Shown here: positions 1 through 8,979 of the stretch, piece by piece
Position numbering within the stretch: position 1 is the stretch's first letter
How the letters are laid out: each line of letters starts with the position of its first letter
From: Paenibacillus sp.
GTDB taxonomy: Bacteria; Bacillota; Bacilli; Paenibacillales; YIM-B00363
Reading direction: 5' to 3'
Length of the DNA: 32,000 nucleotides
NCBI RefSeq assembly: GCF_031177825.1
Contig: NZ_JAPSKE010000016.1
Coordinates: 7,774-39,773, forward strand
Position numbers and translations under genes: made by a program
Notes under the pieces: generated by a model
Seen by the model: only the letters and a program-made list of their open reading frames with translations
Databases searched by the model: none
Told to the model about the DNA's origin: nothing

Positions 1-3000
1 ACGTTCGTCAAAGCCCTTCAACCCCGCGTGCAACAGGACAAGGGGTACTTCATATTCGGTAAATCGGAAGCGGGTCAGGAATCTACACCTTACGCCCCGT
101 TCATCGCGGCTTTCGCGGAGTTGGTCCGGCAGGTCGTGGCGGGCGGAGAAGAACAGTCGGCGCGATGGAAAGCCAGGCTGACTAAAGCATTGGGGCGAAG
201 CGGGAGCGTGCTCGCGCAAGTGGTCCCCGAATTGACCTGGTTGATCGGGGAGCAGCCGGCGGTCGAGGCGTTGTCCCCCGTGGAAGCGACGAATCGTTTT
301 CGAACGCTATTCGGCAACTTGATTCAGGCGTTCGCAGACGAGGAGCACCCTTTGGTCGTGGGACTTGACGATCTGCAATGGGCGGATTCGGCCTCTCTTC
401 AACTGCTTCGCGAGCTATGGAACCGCGCATCGCTCAAGCATGTCTTGATCATCGGAACGTATCGGGATCATGAGGGGAACGAGAAGCAGGGTCTCGAGGA
501 ACTGTTTCCGGACATGCCCGATTCCGATGTTGGAGGGATCGGCTATATGAACATACATGCCCTCAGCTATCCGGAAGTCAAACGGTACATGGGGGACGCG
601 CTGGATGCCGATTCGGAGCGAATCCGGCCGTTGGCGGATGTCCTCTATCGACAAACGGCGGGCAACCCGCTGTATCTCAAGCAGTTGCTGCAGACGTGCC
701 ATGATCGCAAATGGCTTTATTTCGATAGGGCGCGAATGCGGTGGGATTGGGACATGCAGGCCATCCAAGGGCTGGAGGGCTTTCAGCATGTCGAGGCTTT
801 AATCAGGAGCAGAATCGGGACGCTCCCGGAAGGAACCCGCATCGCGATGCGATGGGCCGGTGTCTTGGGCGCCTCCTTCGACATTGACAAGCTCTCGCTG
901 GTTACCGGGAAAGACATCGAGCAACTGATCCATGCGGTATCGCCGGCGGTGAGCGAAGGGTGGATCATGGTCGAAGAACGGCGTCTGACGTTCCTTCATG
1001 ATCAAGTTCGGAAGGTTGCTTACGATCTCATTCCGGAACAAGAGAAAGACCGAGTGCATCTGGAAGTCGGGCGATCCCTGCTCCGTTCGAAGAACTGTGC
1101 GGAAGTCGCCGAGGAACAATTGTTCGAGGTTGTGCATCATCTCAATACGGGCAGTGCGTACATCACGGACCGCTCGGAAGCCGAGCGTCTGGCCCGCCTG
1201 AACCTTCGAGCCGGAAGGAAGGCGAAGGCTTCCGCCGCTTATGGGCAAGCATCGGAGCTCCTAAAGATGGGGGCTCGATTCGTGGAGTCCGATGGCTGGT
1301 CCCGACCCGATGCGCTATATTTCAAGCTTGTGCTGGAACGTACGGAATGCCTTTATTTCTGCGGCGATATTCGTCAAGCCGAGGCGGACCTGCGGCAGCT
1401 GCTTGAGCATGCCGACCAAATCAATGATCGATCGCGAATTTACTCGATCATGATCATGATGTATTCGTTTCACAAGAGAATGGACGATGCCGTCAAGATT
1501 GCGCTTCAAGCCATGGCCGAGTTCGGATTTTCGATACCATCCTCATCGTCGCGTCCTGTCATTCTCGCCGAGATAGCGCGTACGCAGCTGGCCCTTGCCA
1601 AACCGCGAATGCGGCTAACCCATCTGTCTACGAATCAGGATCCCGAACATCAAGCCTTGGCTCAGATCGTGACGGTCTCCTCATCGGTTATATTTATTGT
1701 CGATCCGGCGATGGCTGTCGTCCTATTTGCGAAGTATGTACGAATGTCGTTGAGCCAAGGCCTCGGGAACGCGTTCTCCATCGCGTTGGGCTCCTATGCC
1801 ATCACCATGGCTTTCGGATTCGGAAAATATCGAACGGCTCAGCGACTGGCCGAGACGGCGTGGCAGTACGCCGAGCATTCGGACAGCCTTCTGCTCAAAG
1901 GGAAAGCCCAGCTCATACTGGCTTTGGTGAAACAATATCTCCATCCGCAAGAAGTCGTCCCCATGTTCGAGAAAGCGGGACAGCTCAGCATGGAATGCGG
2001 AGATATGGTCAGCGCCGGGAACGCCATAGCTTGCCACATGATCGCGGCCGACAATGATTTGGAGCGCTTGGAAGAAGTCTGTAATGCCTATGAAGAGAAG
2101 AATGCTTCGACGCTCGATGAGATCACGCTGCGGGTGCTGCATATTTCCAAACGATACGTCGAGTTGTTGCGACAGGAGACCGAGGACCACACGCTGTCGT
2201 TCAACATCCCGGGTCTCTCGGAGGAAATCATGCCGGTAGAGGGAGGATTGACGAACGAGGAGGAAGGGAACTGGTATTACTTCTATACGTGCAAGCTTGA
2301 GGTCGCGTTCGTCTATTCCCGATATTCGGAAACGATCGCCTTGGCCGAGCAGTCCGAACAGTTTGAGAGAGAGATGTTGTTGTCCGTCAAACAAAAGCAT
2401 TGTTTCTATCATGCCCTGGCTATCATGAGGTTGTATGCAGAGGCTTCCGAGCTTGGGCGAGGCAAGCATCGGAAAGCGTTGCGGAAGGCGATGCAACGTA
2501 TGCGGAAGTGGGCGAAGATCGCAACGGCGACGACATTGTCCAAATACCGGACGGTGCAGGCGGAATACGCCCGATTGCATCGTGAATACGATCGGGCGGC
2601 GAGGCTGTACGATCAGGCGATTCACGAGGCGCGGCAGGCAGGCGAATATCGGGACGAAGCGATTGCGGCGGAAACCGCCGCGAACTTCTATATGCAACGC
2701 AACGATCGCCGTCTGTCGGAAGCCTACCTCCGGAAAGCCTGCGAGGCTTATTACAGATGGGGGGCGACCCGGAAGTCGAAGAGCTTGCGGGGGCGCATCC
2801 CTGAGTTCCCCGAACTACCGTTCGAGGAAATCGAAGATGAGCTCAAGTCGGACCCGAAGCCGAATACGGACGCGCCTTCCTCGGAAGCGCCACTCCAGGA
2901 CATAGGTCTGAGGAAGGGCCTGGATTACGAGATGTTTCAGCAAATCGCCAACATCCAAACGGACCATCGGTCGGAGCTCTCGTTGGCGGAGAATTTCTTG

Positions 3001-3651
3001 CAGTCGGCGCTTCGCGCCACCGGTGCCGAAAGAGGTTTGGTCCTGTTCGGGGAGTCGAGCGACTTCATTATAGAGGCGGAACAAGAGATCAATCGGAATG
3101 GCGCGGTTTCTCCGGCTCAAGCGGGACAGTATTCAACCGCGGTCGTTCAATTCGTCCATCGGACGAAGGAGTCTGTCGTACTGGGGGATGCCTTGCAGAG
3201 CCATTTCGCATACGATGCGTACATGATTCATAGGAGTCCGCGATCGCTCTTGTGCTTGCCGATTCGCGATTCGGATCGGCGAGACGGCGTTCTGTATTTG
3301 GAAAACAATCAGATGTCCGATGCGTTCAAGATGGATCGTCTGGATCTGCTAGAAATGATATTTTCTCGCATGATGTATCTAAAGCTCTGGCAATCGGAAG
3401 ATCGAATGGACACAAATCGGACAGAGGATCGCACGAAGCGGAAGCCCTCGCTTATCGAATCTTTGACGAACCGCGAGATGGAGATCGTTCATCTCATGGC
3501 CGACGGGCTGTCCAATAAACAAATCGCCCTTCGTTTAGCGATTACGGAAGGGACGGTAAAAATTCATGCGAACAATATTTATGGAAAACTACAGGTGAAC
3601 AAACGGGTGCAAGCCATCAAGAAAGCCAGGGAGCTTCAGTTAATACATTAG
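1..3651 (+). CDS. LuxR-family transcriptional regulator with AAA/NACHT-like ATPase, TPR-like middle and GAF-like domain, 5'-truncated
   Basis: Frame 1 is open from base 1 (TFVKALQPRVQQDKGYFIFGK...), so position 28 (GTG) is probably not the real start. The C-terminus LTNREMEIVHLMADGLSNKQIALRLAITEGTVKIHANNIYGKLQVNKR is a LuxR HTH. LVVGLDDLQWADSASLQLL is a Walker-B-like predicted-ATPase motif. A GAF-like segment precedes the HTH. Confidence 0.88.
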   Translation, partial: TFVKALQPRVQQDKGYFIFGKSEAGQESTPYAPFIAAFAELVRQVVAGGEEQSARWKARLTKALGRSGSVLAQVVPELTWLIGEQPAVEALSPVEATNRFRTLFGNLIQAFADEEHPLVVGLDDLQWADSASLQLLRELWNRASLKHVLIIGTYRDHEGNEKQGLEELFPDMPDSDVGGIGYMNIHALSYPEVKRYMGDALDADSERIRPLADVLYRQTAGNPLYLKQLLQTCHDRKWLYFDRARMRWDWDMQAIQGLEGFQHVEALIRSRIGTLPEGTRIAMRWAGVLGASFDIDKLSLVTGKDIEQLIHAVSPAVSEGWIMVEERRLTFLHDQVRKVAYDLIPEQEKDRVHLEVGRSLLRSKNCAEVAEEQLFEVVHHLNTGSAYITDRSEAERLARLNLRAGRKAKASAAYGQASELLKMGARFVESDGWSRPDALYFKLVLERTECLYFCGDIRQAEADLRQLLEHADQINDRSRIYSIMIMMYSFHKRMDDAVKIALQAMAEFGFSIPSSSSRPVILAEIARTQLALAKPRMRLTHLSTNQDPEHQALAQIVTVSSSVIFIVDPAMAVVLFAKYVRMSLSQGLGNAFSIALGSYAITMAFGFGKYRTAQRLAETAWQYAEHSDSLLLKGKAQLILALVKQYLHPQEVVPMFEKAGQLSMECGDMVSAGNAIACHMIAADNDLERLEEVCNAYEEKNASTLDEITLRVLHISKRYVELLRQETEDHTLSFNIPGLSEEIMPVEGGLTNEEEGNWYYFYTCKLEVAFVYSRYSETIALAEQSEQFEREMLLSVKQKHCFYHALAIMRLYAEASELGRGKHRKALRKAMQRMRKWAKIATATTLSKYRTVQAEYARLHREYDRAARLYDQAIHEARQAGEYRDEAIAAETAANFYMQRNDRRLSEAYLRKACEAYYRWGATRKSKSLRGRIPEFPELPFEEIEDELKSDPKPNTDAPSSEAPLQDIGLRKGLDYEMFQQIANIQTDHRSELSLAENFLQSALRATGAERGLVLFGESSDFIIEAEQEINRNGAVSPAQAGQYSTAVVQFVHRTKESVVLGDALQSHFAYDAYMIHRSPRSLLCLPIRDSDRRDGVLYLENNQMSDAFKMDRLDLLEMIFSRMMYLKLWQSEDRMDTNRTEDRTKRKPSLIESLTNREMEIVHLMADGLSNKQIALRLAITEGTVKIHANNIYGKLQVNKRVQAIKKARELQLIH

Positions 3652-3681
3652 GTTTCGTCGAATCGCTTCGCATAGGCTGTT

Positions 3682-3717
3682 GCCGATTTCATTCCGACAT
3701 CGGCGTCAGTCTTTTTT
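3682..3717 (+). terminator. candidate intrinsic terminator
   Basis: GCCGAT (3682-3687) / ATCGGC (3699-3704) stem, then CTTTTTT. Confidence 0.5.
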
Positions 3718-3866
3718 GTGCTACCCGTTAATCGACATAATACGACAAACAAACAAGAGAAATGTCGAATCTATAACTTTCGTTAGATGTCAATATACCT
3801 ATTATTCATGTAGAGTTTGTACAAGAATGCAAGACAACTATCTAACAGATAAGAGAGGAACAGAGA

Positions 3867-6512
3867 ATGAGCGGAAGAAAGAAATATATTTCGGTTTCAT
3901 GGAAAAGGTTCCTTGTGATGCTATTGTGCGTTATGATGTTTCCCCAGGATCAGCCGGGCGTACATGCCGCACCGGGCGATTCGGATACCATTACAACAAT
4001 AGCGGGGACGGGAAACAACGGCTATTACGGAGACGGCGGAGCAGCCGATGCCGCATGGTTGTACTACCCATCCGGCGTGACTGTGGATGATGCAGGCAAT
4101 CTATACATAGCCGATACAACGAACCATGTGGTTCGAAAGGTGGCGCCGAATGGAACCATCAGCACGGTAGCGGGAACGGGGGCGCAAGGATTTACGGGAG
4201 ACGGAGGTCAGGCTAACCAAGCTGAGCTTAATCACCCTACCGGCGTAGCGGTGGATAGCGGCGGAAATCTGTATATCGCCGATGCCTGGAATTACCGGGT
4301 GAGGAAGGTAGTCCCGAATGGAACGATCAGTACGGTAGCAGGCTCCGGCGATACTCCGGGAGACGGAAGTTCGGCCACTTCCACGTACCTGGCCAATCCT
4401 GAAGGCGTAGCGGTAGACGCTAACGGGAATCTTTATATCGCAGATAGCGAGGGCCACCGAATCTGGAAGGTGGGAGCAGATGGAACGATCCAGGCGATCG
4501 CAGGGACGGGCTCGGCAGGATTTTCGGGCGACGGGGGCCAGGCCGACCAGGCGGAGGTGAGCGCTCCCGTCGGCGTGGCTGTAGACGGCGACGGAATTGT
4601 GTATATCGCCGATACCGGCAACAATCGAATTCGGAAGATTGCGACAGACGGTACGATCAGTACGGTAACCGATCAGGTAGTCGGTGCCAAAGGAGTCGCG
4701 GTGGACGGCAGCGGGAATGTGTTCGTCGCCGATACCTCGAACTATCGAATCAAGAAGGTATCCGCGGGCGGAGCGGTTAGTACGGTGGCGGGTACCGGAG
4801 GCATAGGGTATACCGGAGACGGCGGGGCAGCCGACGCAGCCACATTTAACTCCCCTACAGGGGTAGCGGTTGACCTGGCGGGCAATGTGTATATCGCCGA
4901 TATGTCGAATCATGTGATCCGGATGGTAGGGGCTAACCCTTACCTGGTCGGTTTGACGTTGTCCAGCGGAACTTTGAGTCCGTCTTTCTCGTCCGCAGTA
5001 ACGGCCTACACAGCAACTGTAGGGAATAACGTGAACAGTCTCACGATGACGCCGACGTTATATGGCTCCGGCGGAACTGTAACGGTTGCCGTATACGACG
5101 GGAATGGAACGCTGGCAGGAGGTCCGTTCAGTGTAACGAGCGGTGCGGCATCTTCGGCGCTGCCTTTGAGCACGGGCAACAATACGATCTCCATCGAAGC
5201 GCCGTCGCTAGGCGGGACGACAAAGACGTATACCGTGACCGTAACGAAATCGGCAGCGGGCGTCGATGCCGATTTATTCGATTTATGGTTGAGCGAAGGA
5301 ATATTGAACCCGACTTTTGACCAGGCTATCACGAACTATGCGGTCGATGTAAGCAACGATGTGACCCGTCTCGCGGTTACGCCATGGTTGTCGGACGGTC
5401 AGGCAACCGTTACCGTGAATGGCGTTTCGGTCGCAGCTTACACGGAGAGCGATCCGATCGAATTAAGCGAAGGCAGCAATACGATCGCCGTTGCGGTTAC
5501 CGCGCAGGATGGCATCACGACGAAGACGTACACGATCACGGTCACAAGAGCGGTATCGGTCAGCAACAACGCGGATTTGAGCGGGCTGACGCTCAGCCAT
5601 GGCACGTTGGATCCGATGTTCGCCTCTGGAACGACAAGCTATACGGCAGATGTGGGGAATGCCGTCGCTAGCTTAACCGTGACGCCGACGGTGTCGGAGA
5701 GCCATGCGACCGTTACGGTGAACGGAGCGGTAGTAGCCAGCGGCTCGGCGAGCGAAGCGATCGACCTGAACGTAGGCAGCAATACGATCACAGTCGCGGT
5801 TACCGCGCAGGATGGCATCGCGACGAAAACGTACTCGATCACGATTCATGTCGACCTGGCGAACCCGGCGTTCGAGCCGGATATCGTGGACCCCACCAAT
5901 CAAGACGTGACGCTTACCGTCGTCTTCCCGGCGTATGCGGCGACCAAGCAAGTCAGCACCGATGCGCTCGCGTGGACCCCGTATACGGCGCCGATCGTCG
6001 CGACGGCGAATCAGGCGGTCTATGCGAGGTACGAGCACGAGAACGGCGGATGGAGCAATATAGTGCGCTACGATATCGGGAATATCGATAAGGAAGCGCC
6101 AACGACGGGGAGCGAGGTCGCCGTTGAGGCAACGTCGAAATACGTGACCGTAGCCTTCCAACCGGTGGACGGCGGATCCGGCATCGCCGGTACGTACTAC
6201 AAGGTCGACGGCGGCGCCGAGCAGACGGGGAATAGCGTACAACTGCGTTCGCAAGGAGCGCATACGATCGTCTATTGGAGCGTGGACCATGCGGGCAATC
6301 TCGAGCTTGAACGGCAGCTCTCGCTCGAAGTCCAGCGGCTTCCGATCCCGACGGAGGGCCGATTCCATATCGGACTGCTTCTGTCGTGGATGCGGCTAGC
6401 TACGCCTGAGCAGCTCGATATGAACGACGACGGCGCCTTCGATAAGCAGGATGTGGACGTCATGCTGCGCGCGATCGATCCGGTCGGATGGAGTTCTAAT
6501 CTTACGAACTAG
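3867..6512 (+). CDS. Secreted NHL-repeat beta-propeller protein with three cadherin-like beta-sandwich repeats and a C-terminal EF-hand/dockerin-like motif
   Basis: Basic/hydrophobic signal-like N-terminus. Repeated ITTIAGTG..G..GDGG.A..A.L..P.GVAVD..GN.YIAD..N..IRKV units. Three LSGLTLSHGTLDPMF...YT..V...TITVAVTAQDGI.TKTYTITV units. Terminal LDMNDDGAFDKQDVDVML. Purine-rich RBS (AGAGAGGAACAGAGA) upstream. Confidence 0.85.
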   Translation: MSGRKKYISVSWKRFLVMLLCVMMFPQDQPGVHAAPGDSDTITTIAGTGNNGYYGDGGAADAAWLYYPSGVTVDDAGNLYIADTTNHVVRKVAPNGTISTVAGTGAQGFTGDGGQANQAELNHPTGVAVDSGGNLYIADAWNYRVRKVVPNGTISTVAGSGDTPGDGSSATSTYLANPEGVAVDANGNLYIADSEGHRIWKVGADGTIQAIAGTGSAGFSGDGGQADQAEVSAPVGVAVDGDGIVYIADTGNNRIRKIATDGTISTVTDQVVGAKGVAVDGSGNVFVADTSNYRIKKVSAGGAVSTVAGTGGIGYTGDGGAADAATFNSPTGVAVDLAGNVYIADMSNHVIRMVGANPYLVGLTLSSGTLSPSFSSAVTAYTATVGNNVNSLTMTPTLYGSGGTVTVAVYDGNGTLAGGPFSVTSGAASSALPLSTGNNTISIEAPSLGGTTKTYTVTVTKSAAGVDADLFDLWLSEGILNPTFDQAITNYAVDVSNDVTRLAVTPWLSDGQATVTVNGVSVAAYTESDPIELSEGSNTIAVAVTAQDGITTKTYTITVTRAVSVSNNADLSGLTLSHGTLDPMFASGTTSYTADVGNAVASLTVTPTVSESHATVTVNGAVVASGSASEAIDLNVGSNTITVAVTAQDGIATKTYSITIHVDLANPAFEPDIVDPTNQDVTLTVVFPAYAATKQVSTDALAWTPYTAPIVATANQAVYARYEHENGGWSNIVRYDIGNIDKEAPTTGSEVAVEATSKYVTVAFQPVDGGSGIAGTYYKVDGGAEQTGNSVQLRSQGAHTIVYWSVDHAGNLELERQLSLEVQRLPIPTEGRFHIGLLLSWMRLATPEQLDMNDDGAFDKQDVDVMLRAIDPVGWSSNLTN

Positions 6513-6569
6513 CGGTCGGGGTTTGTTGTTTATAGTGGGAATTCCACGGTATGACATCCCTGCTTGACT

Positions 6570-6600
6570 CCGCCCGGAGAATTCTCTGGGCGGTTTATTA
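6570..6600 (+). terminator. intrinsic terminator
   Basis: CCGCCCGGAGAATTCTCTGGGCGG near-perfect hairpin (6570-6593) followed by TTTATTA. Confidence 0.65.
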
Positions 6601-6775
6601 TAAGGAGATTGAACGCTAAGCCCGAGTAACAGCGACAACGATTTTGCTATTTCCGAAGGAAGCAAGCAACCGATGAAGCGCGAGACGAACCCTGTCGAGC
6701 GAAGAGTCTAGGCGCATGCCCCTGCTTTCCCCCGAAATCGCAATAAGTCGAAAACGCCCGATCTAGGCGAACCGG

Positions 6776-6829
6776 CACCCTGCCCGATGAATAAACCATA
6801 GAAGAACAGTGGGAATTAAGGGCAGGGTG
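6776..6829 (+). promoter_or_regulatory. 10-bp perfect inverted repeat in the 5' leader whose 3' arm covers the likely ribosome-binding site
   Basis: CACCCTGCCC (6776-6785) and GGGCAGGGTG (6820-6829), 34-nt loop. AGGGTG ends 8 nt before the ATG at 6838. Confidence 0.45.
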
Positions 6830-6837
6830 ATTTCGAC

Positions 6838-7716
6838 ATGAGAAGGTTGGTCTTATTCAGTCTCGTCGGGTTTTTCGCGCAGCTGGTCGACGGTTCGCTC
6901 GGGATGGGTTTCGGGGCGACGTCGGGGTCGCTGCTGCTGATGTTCGGCGTCGCTCCTGCGGTCGTATCGGCGTCGATTCATCTGGCGGAGGTCGGGACGA
7001 CGGCGGCGTCCGGGGCATCGCATCTCTACTTTAAGAACGTAGACCGGCGGCTCGCCTGGCGGCTGCTTATCCCCGGAGCGATTGCCGCGTTCTTGGGCGC
7101 AGCGTTCCTAAGCTCCTTACCGGGGCATCTGCTGAAGCCGTTCATTGCGGCGTTCTTGACGGCGCTCGGGGTGTATATTTTAATTCGATTCTTGCTTCAA
7201 GCGAGACGGCGTCAAGACGAGCCGGAACAGCAGCCCGCGTATTCGAAAACGTTCGTCATCCCGCTCGCGATCGTCGGCGGTTTCTTCGACGCCGTCGGCG
7301 GCGGCGGATGGGGCCCGATCACGACGCCCGCGCTGCTCGCGAAGAACGGCGCGACGCCGCGCAAGGTCGTCGGCACGGTCGCGACGAGCGAGTTCGCGGT
7401 CGCGGTCTCGGCGACGCTCGGGTTCGTTCTCTTCCTTGGCTGGGAGGCGTTCAATTTGTTCTGGGTGCTTGCGTTCGTCCTCGGCGGCGTGTTCGCGGCG
7501 CCGCTAGCGGCTTACCTCGTGAAGGTCATTCCGACGCAATATATGGGCGTGACCGTTGGCGGCTTCATTATTCTGACGAACCTCAACACGCTGCTCCAGT
7601 CGGCGGATTTCGTGCCGAGCGAGTGGACGGTTCCGATCTATATCGTCGTATTCGTCCTGTGGATCTCCGCGGTCGTCTACCAATGGTCGTCGCGCCGGCG
7701 CGTCGCTAACGCGTAA
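6838..7716 (+). CDS. Sulfite exporter TauE/SafE family permease
   Basis: 292 aa polytopic protein. Internal duplicated pattern GFFAQLVDGSLGMGFGATSG / GGFFDAVGGGGWGPITTPALL is typical of TauE/SafE. Confidence 0.9.
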   Translation: MRRLVLFSLVGFFAQLVDGSLGMGFGATSGSLLLMFGVAPAVVSASIHLAEVGTTAASGASHLYFKNVDRRLAWRLLIPGAIAAFLGAAFLSSLPGHLLKPFIAAFLTALGVYILIRFLLQARRRQDEPEQQPAYSKTFVIPLAIVGGFFDAVGGGGWGPITTPALLAKNGATPRKVVGTVATSEFAVAVSATLGFVLFLGWEAFNLFWVLAFVLGGVFAAPLAAYLVKVIPTQYMGVTVGGFIILTNLNTLLQSADFVPSEWTVPIYIVVFVLWISAVVYQWSSRRRVANA

Positions 7717-7734
7717 CTGCATCCTTCCGGCATG

Positions 7735-7758
7735 CGCCGCCCCTGAGGGCGGCGTTTT
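7735..7758 (+). terminator. intrinsic terminator after the TauE/SafE gene
   Basis: CGCCGCCC-CTGA-GGGCGGCG followed by TTTTCCTTTT. Confidence 0.85.
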
Positions 7759-7779
7759 CCTTTTCCATAGACGCCGATT

Positions 7780-7923
7780 GTGGGGGACTCGTCGGGAACG
7801 ACCGTCTGCAGGCGGGCGGATACCCGCGCGAAACGGCGGGAAGAAATGAAGGACATCCCGAAGTTAGGCTTGCGGGGCAAGACGTACATCATGATGGGCG
7901 ACGTAGGCAAGAAGGCGTTGTAG
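7780..7923 (+). other. small ORF candidate, GTG start 7780 or ATG start 7846, ending ...MKDIPKLGLRGKTYIMMGDVGKKAL*
   Basis: Open frame immediately followed by a strong terminator (7931-7963). No clear RBS and no recognised family. Confidence 0.25.
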
Positions 7924-7930
7924 CGCAAAG

Positions 7931-7963
7931 AGCGTCGTTCCTTTACGGAACGATGCTTTTTTT
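7931..7963 (+). terminator. intrinsic terminator
   Basis: AGCGTCGTTCC-TTTAC-GGAACGATGCT (one G-U pair) followed by a run of Ts. Confidence 0.8.
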
Positions 7964-8097
7964 GAAACGCTTCGGCTTGCCGGACGTAAAAAAAACTAGG
8001 TCCCGACGTGCCTGTCCGCGATGAATTAGGTATACTAATGGTTGGGCAAGTTAACGTTAATTACATATAGAATTGTTGACTGCTGACACTTACAGGG

Positions 8098-8892
8098 ATG
8101 AAGAGAGGAGCAATCGAGTTGGAGTCACTTTGGCTGGAGTACGCATGGGCATTACTGATCCTGATCGGGTTGGAGGGGTTGCTGTCCGCCGACAATGCGC
8201 TCGTGTTGGCGGTCATCGCGAAGCATCTTCCGGACGATCAGAAGAAGAAGGCGATCAATTACGGCATTATTATGGCCTTCGTTTTCCGGTTCGCCGCGCT
8301 GTTCGCCATTTCCTTCATCGCGAACGTTTGGCAGGTACAGGCGATCGGCGCAGCCTATCTGCTATATCTTGGGATAAAGCACATCGTTCAAGCGAAGTTC
8401 GGGAAGAAACCCGAGGCTCATCAGAAGGAATTAAAGCAAGAATCCTCGGGGAAAGGGTTTTGGCCTACGGTCGGCAAGATCGCTCTGGCCGATCTCGCGT
8501 TCGCGATCGATTCCATTCTCGCCGCGGTAGCGCTCGCCCTCGGACTTCCGGATTCCCCGCTGGGCGAATTCGGCGGCATGGACGGAGGTCAGTTTATCGT
8601 CGTCGTGCTTGGGGGCATCGCCGGTCTGGTCTTGATCAAGTATGCGGCCACTTGGTTCGTGAAGCTGCTTGGACAACGTCCGGCGCTGGAAACGACGGCT
8701 TACGCGATCGTGGCTTGGGTCGGGGTGAAGCTGGCCGTCATCACGCTCGCCCACGAGGATATCGGCGTGTTGGATCATCATTTCCCGCATAGCACGGGAT
8801 GGACGACAGTGTTCTACATCGTCTTGGTCGCGATCGCCCTCCTCGGTTGGTTCGCGCCTAGCAACAAGCAGGCAAAGGCGACCCAATCGTAA
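8098..8892 (+). CDS. TerC family integral membrane protein (YjbE/YkoY-like)
   Basis: EGLLSADNALVLAVIAKHLP and the second SDLAFAIDSILA-like motif (ALADLAFAIDSILAAVALALGLP) of TerC proteins. Actual start may be TTG at 8119, given the better-spaced AGGAG upstream. Confidence 0.9.
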   Translation: MKRGAIELESLWLEYAWALLILIGLEGLLSADNALVLAVIAKHLPDDQKKKAINYGIIMAFVFRFAALFAISFIANVWQVQAIGAAYLLYLGIKHIVQAKFGKKPEAHQKELKQESSGKGFWPTVGKIALADLAFAIDSILAAVALALGLPDSPLGEFGGMDGGQFIVVVLGGIAGLVLIKYAATWFVKLLGQRPALETTAYAIVAWVGVKLAVITLAHEDIGVLDHHFPHSTGWTTVFYIVLVAIALLGWFAPSNKQAKATQS

Positions 8893-8913
8893 CGTATCCG
8901 TGAGTGGAAAGGT

Positions 8914-8952
8914 AAGAGCTAAGCCGGTTGAAAACCGCTTAGCTCTTTTTTC
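8914..8952 (+). terminator. intrinsic terminator after the TerC-family gene
   Basis: AAGAGCTAAGCCGGTT / AACCGCTTAGCTCTT with one bulge, followed by TTTTTT. Confidence 0.9.
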
Positions 8953-8979
8953 CGTATTTTCGAGGGGGCTCATACGACC

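Noticed and set aside
3680-4090. 136-aa ORF upstream of and overlapping the NHL-repeat gene
   Set aside because: Overlaps the true signal-peptide region out of frame, contains the preceding terminator and has no motif support.
7964-8097. yybP-ykoY manganese riboswitch upstream of the TerC-family gene
   Set aside because: Such leaders often precede TerC genes, but I could not identify the conserved core. The leader after the terminator is short and AT-rich, with only promoter-like sequence (TAGGTATACTAAT).
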